From an uncultured Lachnospiraceae bacterium (GTDB lineage: Bacteria; Bacillota; Clostridia; Lachnospirales; Lachnospiraceae), in contig CAZMGH010000002.1 in assembly GCA_964565805.1 (NCBI GenBank), positions 46,084 to 110,083 on the forward strand: DNA of 64,000 bases, read 5' to 3'. Within the stretch, counting starts at the first letter, position 1. The number at the start of each line of letters is the position of its first letter. A program made the translations under genes and the position numbers. The notes under the pieces are model-generated. The model ran no database searches and was not told the DNA's origin. It saw nothing but the letters and a program-made list of their open reading frames with translations. Of this stretch, positions 18,264-26,918 are shown piece by piece.

Positions 18264-18662
18264 ATGTTACATCCATCATATACAGACTTAATGGCCGTAG
18301 TCAACAGCGAGGTTGAGGAGGGCGAGCAGCCGGTAGTCCAGAGCCGTTATTCTATTGTAATTGCAGCGGCAAAGCGTGCCCGCCAGATCATCGCAGGCTC
18401 AGAACCATTAGTAGACGGGAAAGGCAAAAAGCCCCTGTCCGTTGCTGTAGAAGAACTGTATAAAGGCGAGGTAAAGATCCTTGGCGTTGATGATACAGAT
18501 GAAGATGATGAGAAGATCCTTGAGATGTCTAATGAAGTTTTTGATGTTTCCCTGGATGAAGATGAAAATGAAATGTATGACGATGAAAAAGAGATCGATG
18601 GCGAAGACAGTGAAGAGAAGGACGCTGAGGACTTTGAATCACAAGAGGATATAGAAGAATAA
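18264..18662 (+). CDS. rpoZ: RNA polymerase omega subunit with long acidic tail
   Basis: MLHPSY, SRYSIVIAAAKRARQI, KPLSVAVEEL; follows gmk. Confidence 0.9.
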   Translation: MLHPSYTDLMAVVNSEVEEGEQPVVQSRYSIVIAAAKRARQIIAGSEPLVDGKGKKPLSVAVEELYKGEVKILGVDDTDEDDEKILEMSNEVFDVSLDEDENEMYDDEKEIDGEDSEEKDAEDFESQEDIEE

Positions 18663-18686
18663 CAGAATACTAAGGAGGATGATCTT

Positions 18687-19616
18687 GTGATCGATCAATT
18701 AGTAGAGAAGATTAAAAAGACAAACGCGCCGATTGAGGTAGGCCTGGATCCTATGCTTGCCTATGTTCCGGATCATATTAAGGAAAAAGCCTATAAGGAG
18801 CTGGGAGAAACCCTTGAGGGCGCGGCTGAGGCCATCTGGCAGTTTAATAAAGGGATCATAGACGCAACCTGTGATCTGATTCCGGCAGTGAAGCCTCAGA
18901 TTGCCATGTATGAGCAGTTTGGCATCCCGGGCCTTATGACTTTTAAAAAGACGGTGGATTACTGCCATGAAAAAGGACTTCTTGTGATCGGTGATATTAA
19001 ACGTGGAGATATTGGTTCTACTTCCGGCGCTTATGCCACAGGCCATCTGGGAAAGGTCACTGTGGGAAGCAAGTCTTACTATGGCTTTAATGAGGATTTT
19101 GTGACCATTAACCCATACATGGGAACAGATAGTGTCCAGCCATTTATTGATGTGGCGATCCCGGAAAAGAAAGGTATGTTTATCCTTACAAAAACATCCA
19201 ACCCTTCCAGTGGCGAGTTCCAGGATCAGCTTGTAAATGGCCGTCCGTTATATGAACTGGTGGCGGAAAAGGTTGTAGAGTGGGGCGCTCAGCACATGGG
19301 CAAGTGGGGCTACAGCTATGTGGGCGCTGTAGTAGGTGCTACATATCCGGAAATGGGCGCTGTGCTGCGTAAGCTTATGCCAAAGACATACATCCTTGTC
19401 CCAGGCTATGGCGCTCAGGGAGCGAAAGGCTCTGATCTTGTCCATTATTTTAATGAGGACGGTCTGGGAGCTATCGTGAATTCCTCCAGGGGGATTATCG
19501 CTGCTTATAAGCAGGAAAAATACGCGAAATTCGGTCCTGAAAACTTTGCAGATGCCTCCAGACAGGCAGTCATTGATATGCAGCAGGATATTGCGGAAGC
19601 TATTGGGCAGAAGTAA
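18687..19616 (+). CDS. pyrF: Orotidine-5'-phosphate decarboxylase (long type)
   Basis: VGLDP, AVKPQIAMYE, DIKRGDIGST, LVPGYGAQG, NSSRGII. Confidence 0.92.
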   Translation: MIDQLVEKIKKTNAPIEVGLDPMLAYVPDHIKEKAYKELGETLEGAAEAIWQFNKGIIDATCDLIPAVKPQIAMYEQFGIPGLMTFKKTVDYCHEKGLLVIGDIKRGDIGSTSGAYATGHLGKVTVGSKSYYGFNEDFVTINPYMGTDSVQPFIDVAIPEKKGMFILTKTSNPSSGEFQDQLVNGRPLYELVAEKVVEWGAQHMGKWGYSYVGAVVGATYPEMGAVLRKLMPKTYILVPGYGAQGAKGSDLVHYFNEDGLGAIVNSSRGIIAAYKQEKYAKFGPENFADASRQAVIDMQQDIAEAIGQK

Positions 19617-19684
19617 AAACAGGTTTGTCTGCGCAAACGCAGCCTGCATAACTTTTTGACGCTGGTATCATTTTATGATTTTAG

Positions 19685-19745
19685 AAAAAATAGTAACAGC
19701 CAGGCCTGCACAGTCAATGGGCAGGCCTGGCTGTTACTATTTTTT
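19685..19745 (+). terminator. Long intrinsic terminator hairpin after pyrF
   Basis: AAAAAATAGTAACAGCCAGGCCTGC...GCAGGCCTGGCTGTTACTATTTTTT. Confidence 0.8.
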
Positions 19746-19913
19746 GAGCCTCTTCTAAAGAAAGTTGGTATTCATTCTGCGCCTTAATCCATTGGGATGG
19801 TTTTAAATCCAGACCTTGTCTGGCCGGGGTAACCTATGCTATACTATGTTGAAGACGTCAAAAGGTGTTTGATGTTTATGATGTCAGGTAAAAAAATCAT
19901 AGGGTGTGATGTG

Positions 19914-22157
19914 ATGCCTGTATTATATGCAGATATTATTGTAGATATATCCGCCGGGAACCTGGACCGGGTCTTTCAGTATAAGATCCCGGAGCATCTT
20001 AATGGCACAGCCGATATAGGCAGTCAGGTCATGATCCCCTTTGGCAGGAGCAACCGGATGATCCGGGGGTTTATTGTAAATTTATCTACCCAGCCGGATT
20101 ATGATGTTACAAAGATCAAGGACATTTGCCAGGTGATCAACAGTGACCTTGCCATGGAGAGCCAGCTGATCCGCCTGGCATGGCAGATCCGAAAAGTTTA
20201 CGGCGGGACCATGAATCAGGCTTTAAAAACCGTGATTCCTGTAAAGCGCCAGGTAAAGGCTAAGGTCAGTCGGTATTACTGTCTGACAAAGGATCAGGAA
20301 GCTCTGGAGGCCTATGAGCATCGCCTGTCCAGGGACAAAAGATACCGGACCCGCCTGGAACTGATTCGCGGGATGAAGAATGAAGACAGTCTGTCCAGAG
20401 AAGAGCTTTTGGAAAAGTTTCATGTATCTGAGTCTGTGGTCAAAGGGCTGGTGTCTGATGGTATTTTAGAAGAAACAGTGACCCGCCAGTACCGCCGTCC
20501 TGCAGGTGGGCTTATGGATACAGGTTTCCCGGTAACTTTAAATGATGCCCAGGCGGCCATTGTCCAGGAAATATGGGAAGACGGGGATCATGACATCCAT
20601 TTGCTCCGCGGAATTACCGGCAGCGGGAAAACTGAGATTTATATGGAGCTTATTGCCAGGGTTTTGAATGAGGGAAAGCAGGCCATTGTCCTTATTCCGG
20701 AAATCGCCCTTTCTCTTCAGACCGTGTCCCGTTTCCACAGCCGTTTTGGCGATCGGGTGTCTGTGATGAACTCCCGTTTGTCTGATGGGGAAAAGTACGA
20801 CCAGTACCTGCGGGCAAAGGCGGGAGAGGTGGATATTGTGATAGGCCCCAGATCTGCTTTGTTTATGCCATTTGAGCGTCTTGGCATAATCATTATTGAT
20901 GAGGAGCACGATGGGGCTTATAAAAGCGAGAATATCCCCAGGTTTCATGTCCGGGATGTGGCTGCCTGGCGGGCAAAAATGTCGGGAGCAAAGCTGATCT
21001 TAGGATCAGCCACCCCTTCTGTAGAATCCTATGCCAGGGCCAGGGCCGGTATGTATGCCCTCCATACATTAAATGTCCGTGCAAAAACAGGAAGCGTCCT
21101 GCCGGAAGTGTCTGTGGTAGATCTTCGGGAAGAGTTCCGCCAAAAAAATAAAAAGATCTTCAGCAGGAAGCTTTACACTTATATGGAGGAAGCCTTAGAG
21201 CGGGGAGAGCAGATCATCCTGTTTTTAAACCGCCGGGGCTATGCCGGGTTTGTTTCCTGCCGCAGCTGCGGCCATGTGTTTAAATGCCGCCACTGTGATG
21301 TATCCCTAACAGCCCATCGGGGCGGGCTGCTTAAGTGTCATTACTGCGGCTATGAGGAGCCATTACCTAAGGTTTGTCCGGAATGTGGTTCTCCATATGT
21401 GGCGGCCTTTGGCATGGGGACTCAAAAGTTAGAAGGCATGATTGCCGGGGAATTTCCCCAGGCCAGGGTGCTGCGCCTGGACCGGGATTCTACGTCACGG
21501 AAAGACAGCATGGATGATATTTTAAATCGTTTCCGCCGTCATGAAGCAGATATTCTTGTAGGGACTCAGATGATCGTTAAAGGCCATGATTTTCCTGACG
21601 TGACGGTGGTTGGCATATTAGCGGCGGATCTGTCCATGTTTTCCAATGACTATATGGCCGCGGAGCGCACTTTTCAGCTGCTGACCCAGGCGGCGGGCCG
21701 ATCCGGACGGGATGAAAAGCCGGGCCACGTGGTGATCCAGACTTACAATCCGGACCATTACAGTATCTGGTGTGCCGCGGCTCAGGATTATGAGGAATTT
21801 TACCGCCAGGAGATGGCTTACAGAAACCTTCTCTCTTACCCGCCGGTGGTGCATATGCTGGCGGTCCTGGCTACAGGGACCAATGAGCGCCGGGTAGGAG
21901 AGTATATTGTATGTCTGGCCAGAGATACAAAAGCTTTCTGTCAGGAGCAGGGCTTCGAGTCTATGGTTCTGGTCGGTCCGGCGGATGCCACAGTGCCTAA
22001 GGGCAAGGATGTATATCGAAAAGTATTTTATGTAAAAAATAAAAAGTATCCTTTGATGATCGCGGTAAGAGAATTTATGGAAAAGCATTGGCGGGCCTCA
22101 GCCTATGGAAGGGATGTGAGCCTGCAGTTTGACATGGATCCCATGTCCATGTACTAA
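19914..22157 (+). CDS. priA: Primosomal protein N'
   Basis: GITGSGKTE, DEEH, LGSATPS, CxxC zinc motifs (CRSC, CRHC, CHYC, CPEC), TQAAGRSGR. Confidence 0.95.
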   Translation: MPVLYADIIVDISAGNLDRVFQYKIPEHLNGTADIGSQVMIPFGRSNRMIRGFIVNLSTQPDYDVTKIKDICQVINSDLAMESQLIRLAWQIRKVYGGTMNQALKTVIPVKRQVKAKVSRYYCLTKDQEALEAYEHRLSRDKRYRTRLELIRGMKNEDSLSREELLEKFHVSESVVKGLVSDGILEETVTRQYRRPAGGLMDTGFPVTLNDAQAAIVQEIWEDGDHDIHLLRGITGSGKTEIYMELIARVLNEGKQAIVLIPEIALSLQTVSRFHSRFGDRVSVMNSRLSDGEKYDQYLRAKAGEVDIVIGPRSALFMPFERLGIIIIDEEHDGAYKSENIPRFHVRDVAAWRAKMSGAKLILGSATPSVESYARARAGMYALHTLNVRAKTGSVLPEVSVVDLREEFRQKNKKIFSRKLYTYMEEALERGEQIILFLNRRGYAGFVSCRSCGHVFKCRHCDVSLTAHRGGLLKCHYCGYEEPLPKVCPECGSPYVAAFGMGTQKLEGMIAGEFPQARVLRLDRDSTSRKDSMDDILNRFRRHEADILVGTQMIVKGHDFPDVTVVGILAADLSMFSNDYMAAERTFQLLTQAAGRSGRDEKPGHVVIQTYNPDHYSIWCAAAQDYEEFYRQEMAYRNLLSYPPVVHMLAVLATGTNERRVGEYIVCLARDTKAFCQEQGFESMVLVGPADATVPKGKDVYRKVFYVKNKKYPLMIAVREFMEKHWRASAYGRDVSLQFDMDPMSMY

Positions 22158-22222
22158 AGGGAAGTCCCGCAAGGGGATACCCTTATGCCGTGAAGGCCAC
22201 GGCATATAACAATGAAAGGAGA

Positions 22223-22720
22223 ATGATTATGGCGATCCGGAATTTACGTTATCAGGGAGATCCCATTTTAAACAAGAGAGCAAAAGAGGTTAAGGAGGTG
22301 ACCCCAAGGATCCGTCAGCTTGTCGGGGATATGCTGGATACGATGTATGAGAATAACGGGGTAGGGCTGGCTGCGCCTCAGGTAGGCATCTTAAAGCGAA
22401 TCGTGGTCATTGATGTAGGGGAAGGTCCTTATGTATTTATTAATCCTGAAATTCTTGCCACAGACGGGGAGCAAACGGGAGATGAAGGCTGCTTAAGCAT
22501 TCCGGGAAAGTGCGGCACAGTGACCCGCCCCAATTACGTAAAGGCAAAGGCTTTTGATAAGGATATGAATCCTTTTGAAGTGGAGGGCACAGAACTGTTT
22601 GCGCGGGCTATGTGCCATGAGTTTGACCATCTGGACGGTCATCTGTATACAGAGCTTGTGGAAGGCCCCTTAAGAGATGCGACTTATGAGGAAGAAGAGG
22701 AAGGAGAATCAGAAAAATAA
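22223..22720 (+). CDS. def: Peptide deformylase
   Basis: GVGLAAPQ, EGCLS, HEFDH. Confidence 0.95.
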   Translation: MIMAIRNLRYQGDPILNKRAKEVKEVTPRIRQLVGDMLDTMYENNGVGLAAPQVGILKRIVVIDVGEGPYVFINPEILATDGEQTGDEGCLSIPGKCGTVTRPNYVKAKAFDKDMNPFEVEGTELFARAMCHEFDHLDGHLYTELVEGPLRDATYEEEEEGESEK

Positions 22721-23652
22721 TGAAGGTTGTATTTATGGGCACACCGGATTTTGCTGTGCCGACCCTTCAGAGCATCATTGACCGGGGACATCAGGTGGCT
22801 GCCGTAGTCACACAGCCGGATAAGGCCAGAGGCCGGGGAAAGTCGGTAACCTTTTCACCGGTGAAGGAAAAGGCCCTGGAGTATAATATTCCGGTTTATC
22901 AGCCGGTAAAGGCCAGAGATCCGGAATTTGTGGAAACCTTAAAAGGGCTGGCCCCGGATGTGATCGTTGTGGTGGCCTTTGGCCAGATCCTGCCAAAAGC
23001 CATTTTGGGTATTCCTCCTTTTGGCTGCATTAATGTCCATGGCTCTCTGCTGCCTAAGTACCGGGGAGCAGCTCCGGTCCAGTGGGCAGTGATCAACGGG
23101 GAGAAGGTCAGCGGCGTGACTACCATGTATATGGCGGAAGGGCTGGATACAGGAGATATGATCATGAAAGCGGAGGTTCCTCTGGCAGAGGATGAAACCG
23201 GCGGCAGCCTTTATGATAAACTGTCAAAGGTTGGAGCCCGGCTTCTTATAAAAACACTGGATGCCCTGGAGGACGGAACTGCGGTACGGACACCTCAGGA
23301 TGACAGTCAGGCCGGTGAATATGCCCGGATGCTGGATAAAAAAATGGGCAAAATTGATTTTAGCGCGTCGGCAGAAACCATTGAACGGCTGGTCCGGGGA
23401 TTAAACCCGTGGCCCAGCGCCTATACAGGCCTTCACGGCAAAACCCTAAAGCTGTGGAAGGCTCAGGTCATTCATAAAGACTATGAGGGAACTGTCGGAG
23501 AAATCACTGAAATCACAAAAGATTGTTTTGTTGTAAAAACCGGAGAGGGCGCCCTTGCAGTAAAAGAACTTCAGTTAGAAGGGAAAAAACGTATGGACGC
23601 CGGTTCATTTTTAAGAGGATACCCGTTAAAAAAAGGGGAAATCCTTTCATAA
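22720..23652 (+). CDS. fmt: Methionyl-tRNA formyltransferase
   Basis: FMGTPDFA, NVHGSLLPKYRGAAP, GLNPWP. Confidence 0.95.
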   Translation: MKVVFMGTPDFAVPTLQSIIDRGHQVAAVVTQPDKARGRGKSVTFSPVKEKALEYNIPVYQPVKARDPEFVETLKGLAPDVIVVVAFGQILPKAILGIPPFGCINVHGSLLPKYRGAAPVQWAVINGEKVSGVTTMYMAEGLDTGDMIMKAEVPLAEDETGGSLYDKLSKVGARLLIKTLDALEDGTAVRTPQDDSQAGEYARMLDKKMGKIDFSASAETIERLVRGLNPWPSAYTGLHGKTLKLWKAQVIHKDYEGTVGEITEITKDCFVVKTGEGALAVKELQLEGKKRMDAGSFLRGYPLKKGEILS

Positions 23653-23705
23653 TTTCACCTCGGGACGAACTGTCAGATAAGTTTCGGGGCGGGAAAGGGA
23701 TGGAT

Positions 23706-25079
23706 ATGACAGATTCTGTAAATACCCGGGAACTGGTGCTGGATATGCTTATGGAGGTCACCCGGGACGGGCGGCCCTCTCATGTGGTCCACAGCCAGAT
23801 GCTGGAAAAGTACGAATATTTGGAAAAGCAGGAGCGAAAGTTTATCAGTAGGCTTTTTAAAGGGACTTTAGAGCGGATGCTCACTTTAGACTATGTAATC
23901 GGCCTTTTTTCCTCTGTAAAACTTTCTAAGATCCGCCCGGTGGTAAAAAATATTCTCCGCATGGGCGTTTACCAGATCCTGTATATGAAAAATATTCCCC
24001 GCAGCGCCGCCTGTAATGAAGCGGTCAAGCTTTCCGGGCGCCGGGGATTTAAAAATCTTAAGGGCTTTGTAAATGGCATTTTGAGAAATGTCAGCCGTCG
24101 GGCGGAAAACATTTCCTGGCCGGATAAGGATAAAGATCCGGTCAATTACCTGTCAGTAATGTATTCGGCCCCGGAGTGGCTGGTGGATCTGTGGCTTAAA
24201 AACTATGGCTCGGACAAAACAGAGACTATGTTAAAGGATAGTCTGGAAGACAAGCCGGTGACGGTGCGGTGTGTTTCGGAAAAGGATACGGATCGGATAA
24301 AGGCTATCCTTGAAGCAGAAGGGGTCAGTGTTTCCCCGGGGAGCCTTATTCCTTATGCCCTAAAGCTCTCCGGCCTTGACTATCTTGGCGCTTTGGACAG
24401 CTTTCGCCAGGGACTTTATGCTGTTCAGGATGAAGGCTCTATGATGGCTGTGGAAATGGCTCATCTTTCCTCGGGAGATACAGTGCTTGATGTGTGCGCG
24501 GCGCCGGGAGGAAAAAGCTGCCACAGCGGCGGAAAGCTTTTGACCATGGCGGCAGCTTCTTTAAATGACGCTGACCGGGAAAGTGAAAGCGGCCAGTATA
24601 AGACCGGCCAGGTCATTGCCAGAGATCTTACACCGGCAAAGGCTCAGCTGATTCTGGAAAATGTCCAACGGCTTGGCCTTTCCAATGTGACAGTGCAGGT
24701 AAAGGACGCCACAGTGCTTTATGAGGAGGACCGGGGAATAGCCCAGGTCGTCCTGGCGGATCTGCCCTGCTCAGGCCTTGGGGTCCTGGGAAGAAAGGCG
24801 GATATTAAATACCGCATGAATCCGGAACAGATGAAAGAACTGGCAGCCCTTCAGAGAAAAATCCTGTCCGTGGCGCAAAATTATGTGGCTGAAGGCGGGA
24901 CTTTGGTTTACAGCACATGTACAGTAAATCCGGAAGAAAATATGGAAAATGCCCTGTGGTTTCAGGAAAATTTTGATTTTGTCATGGAGGATTCCCGCCA
25001 GTACCTTCCCGGGATCCATGGATGCGATGGATTTTTTATCTCCCGGTTTAAAAAGACGAAAGACAGGATCAGCGGTTAA
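23706..25079 (+). CDS. rsmB: 16S rRNA m5C967 methyltransferase
   Basis: NusB-like N-terminus, VQDEGS, DVCAAPGGKS, DLPCSGLG, YSTCT. Confidence 0.93.
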   Translation: MTDSVNTRELVLDMLMEVTRDGRPSHVVHSQMLEKYEYLEKQERKFISRLFKGTLERMLTLDYVIGLFSSVKLSKIRPVVKNILRMGVYQILYMKNIPRSAACNEAVKLSGRRGFKNLKGFVNGILRNVSRRAENISWPDKDKDPVNYLSVMYSAPEWLVDLWLKNYGSDKTETMLKDSLEDKPVTVRCVSEKDTDRIKAILEAEGVSVSPGSLIPYALKLSGLDYLGALDSFRQGLYAVQDEGSMMAVEMAHLSSGDTVLDVCAAPGGKSCHSGGKLLTMAAASLNDADRESESGQYKTGQVIARDLTPAKAQLILENVQRLGLSNVTVQVKDATVLYEEDRGIAQVVLADLPCSGLGVLGRKADIKYRMNPEQMKELAALQRKILSVAQNYVAEGGTLVYSTCTVNPEENMENALWFQENFDFVMEDSRQYLPGIHGCDGFFISRFKKTKDRISG

Positions 25080-25126
25080 ATCTTTAATTGCCCCCATAAT
25101 ACCACGGATGAAAAGGCGAAAGGATA

Positions 25127-26182
25127 ATGAATGAAAAAATCGATATTCAATCCATGGATCTAAATGAGCTGACCGCTTATGTGACGGATGTTCTTGGAGA
25201 GAAGCCTTTCAGGGCCCGTCAGATCTATGAGTGGATCCATGTAAAGCTGGCTTCAGGATTTGATGAAATGACGAATTTATCAAAATCCTTAAGGGAAAAG
25301 CTGAAAAAAAACGGTTACCTAGTTATGCCGGAGATTGCCCGGCGGTTGGTTTCCAATATTGACGGAACGCGAAAATATCTGTTCCGTCTATCGGATGGCA
25401 ATATTATTGAAAGTGTTTTAATGAAATATAAGCACGGAAATTCTGTGTGCGTGTCTTCCCAGGTAGGCTGCCGTATGGGATGCAGGTTCTGCGCTTCCAC
25501 TTTAGACGGCCTGGAGAGAAATATGACCCCATCGGAAATGCTGGGAGAGGTTTATATGATCCAGAAGGATCTGGGTGAACGTATTTCCAATGTGGTCATT
25601 ATGGGAAGCGGGGAACCTTTGGATAATTATGATAATGTGCTCCGCTTTATTAAGATGCTTTCGGATGAAAACGGACTGAATATAAGCCAGAGAAATATTA
25701 CTTTATCTACCTGCGGCATTGTTCCCAGAATCTATGACTTGGCAAAGGAGGAGCTGGGGATTACTTTGGCCATCTCCCTTCACGCGGTAAACGATCAGCG
25801 GCGGAGAGAACTGATGCCTGTGGCCAATACCTGGTCTATTGAGGATATTTTAAAAGCATGCCGGGAATATTACAGTCATAATAACCGGCGGCTGACCTTT
25901 GAATACAGCTTGGTCAAGGGAGTCAATGACAGCGGCGAGGATGCGGCGGCCCTGGCCCGACTCCTTCACGGACTGAACGCCCATATAAATCTTATCCCGG
26001 TAAACCCTATAAAAGAGCGGGATTTTCGCCAGTCAGACAATAGTGCAGTCATGAATTTTAAAAATAAACTTGAAAAATACGGCGAAAATGTTACTATAAG
26101 AAGGGAAATGGGCAGAGATATTCAGGCCGCATGCGGCCAATTGCGCAAAAACTATATAGATGCACTGGAAAGTGAGGATTAG
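25127..26182 (+). CDS. rlmN: 23S rRNA/tRNA m2A methyltransferase (radical SAM)
   Basis: QVGCRMGCRFC, MGSGEP, SLHA, DIQAACGQL. Confidence 0.95.
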   Translation: MNEKIDIQSMDLNELTAYVTDVLGEKPFRARQIYEWIHVKLASGFDEMTNLSKSLREKLKKNGYLVMPEIARRLVSNIDGTRKYLFRLSDGNIIESVLMKYKHGNSVCVSSQVGCRMGCRFCASTLDGLERNMTPSEMLGEVYMIQKDLGERISNVVIMGSGEPLDNYDNVLRFIKMLSDENGLNISQRNITLSTCGIVPRIYDLAKEELGITLAISLHAVNDQRRRELMPVANTWSIEDILKACREYYSHNNRRLTFEYSLVKGVNDSGEDAAALARLLHGLNAHINLIPVNPIKERDFRQSDNSAVMNFKNKLEKYGENVTIRREMGRDIQAACGQLRKNYIDALESED

Positions 26183-26183
26183 A

Positions 26184-26918
26184 ATGAGGGTATTTGGTAA
26201 ATCAGATATTGGCTCGGTGCGGAAAATGAACCAAGATTATATGTATTTTTCCAAAGCCCCAGTGGGCCAGCTTCCCAATCTGTTTATTGTAGCGGACGGG
26301 ATGGGCGGACATAAGGCCGGGGACTACGCATCCCGCATGTCTGTGGAGAATTTTGTAGATTATATCCAGCAGGCGCCTCTGGATGCGCTGATACGGATCG
26401 TTGATGATGGGATTCATTACGTAAATGAGCTGGTGATGGAAAAAGCACAGCAGTATTCCGAGTTAAACGGTATGGGGACGACTTTTGTAGCGGCATTTAT
26501 TGTGGACAAAACATTATATGTAGCCAACGTGGGGGACAGTCGGCTGTACCTGATCGACAGCGAGATCAACCAGGTGACGGAGGATCATTCCTATGTAGGA
26601 GCTATGGTTCGGGCCGGTGAGATTACTTTAGATGAGGCGCGGCATCACCCGGATAAAAATATTATTACTCGGGCTATTGGCGCTGCCTGGGATATTCGTG
26701 TGGATTTTTTTGAAGTGGATCTGGAGCCGGGGGATAAGATCCTTATGTGCTCTGACGGTTTGTCCAATATGGTGGATGATGTCACTTTGCTGAATATTAT
26801 TTCCAGCACGTATATCGGTGATACGGTAGATGCATTGATCAATGAAGCAAAGGCAAATGGCGGGCTGGATAATATTACAGCCATTGTGATAGACCCGTTT
26901 GATGAGGAGGGAAATTAA
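26184..26918 (+). CDS. stp: PP2C-type Ser/Thr phosphatase
   Basis: VADGMGGH, GMGTT, NVGDSRLY, CSDGL, DNITA. Confidence 0.93.
   Translation: MRVFGKSDIGSVRKMNQDYMYFSKAPVGQLPNLFIVADGMGGHKAGDYASRMSVENFVDYIQQAPLDALIRIVDDGIHYVNELVMEKAQQYSELNGMGTTFVAAFIVDKTLYVANVGDSRLYLIDSEINQVTEDHSYVGAMVRAGEITLDEARHHPDKNIITRAIGAAWDIRVDFFEVDLEPGDKILMCSDGLSNMVDDVTLLNIISSTYIGDTVDALINEAKANGGLDNITAIVIDPFDEEGN

Noticed and set aside
19788-19800. 13-mer TCCATTGGGATGG repeated at 60711-60723
   Set aside because: Exact 13-mer repeats are expected by chance in 64 kb and the flanks are unrelated.
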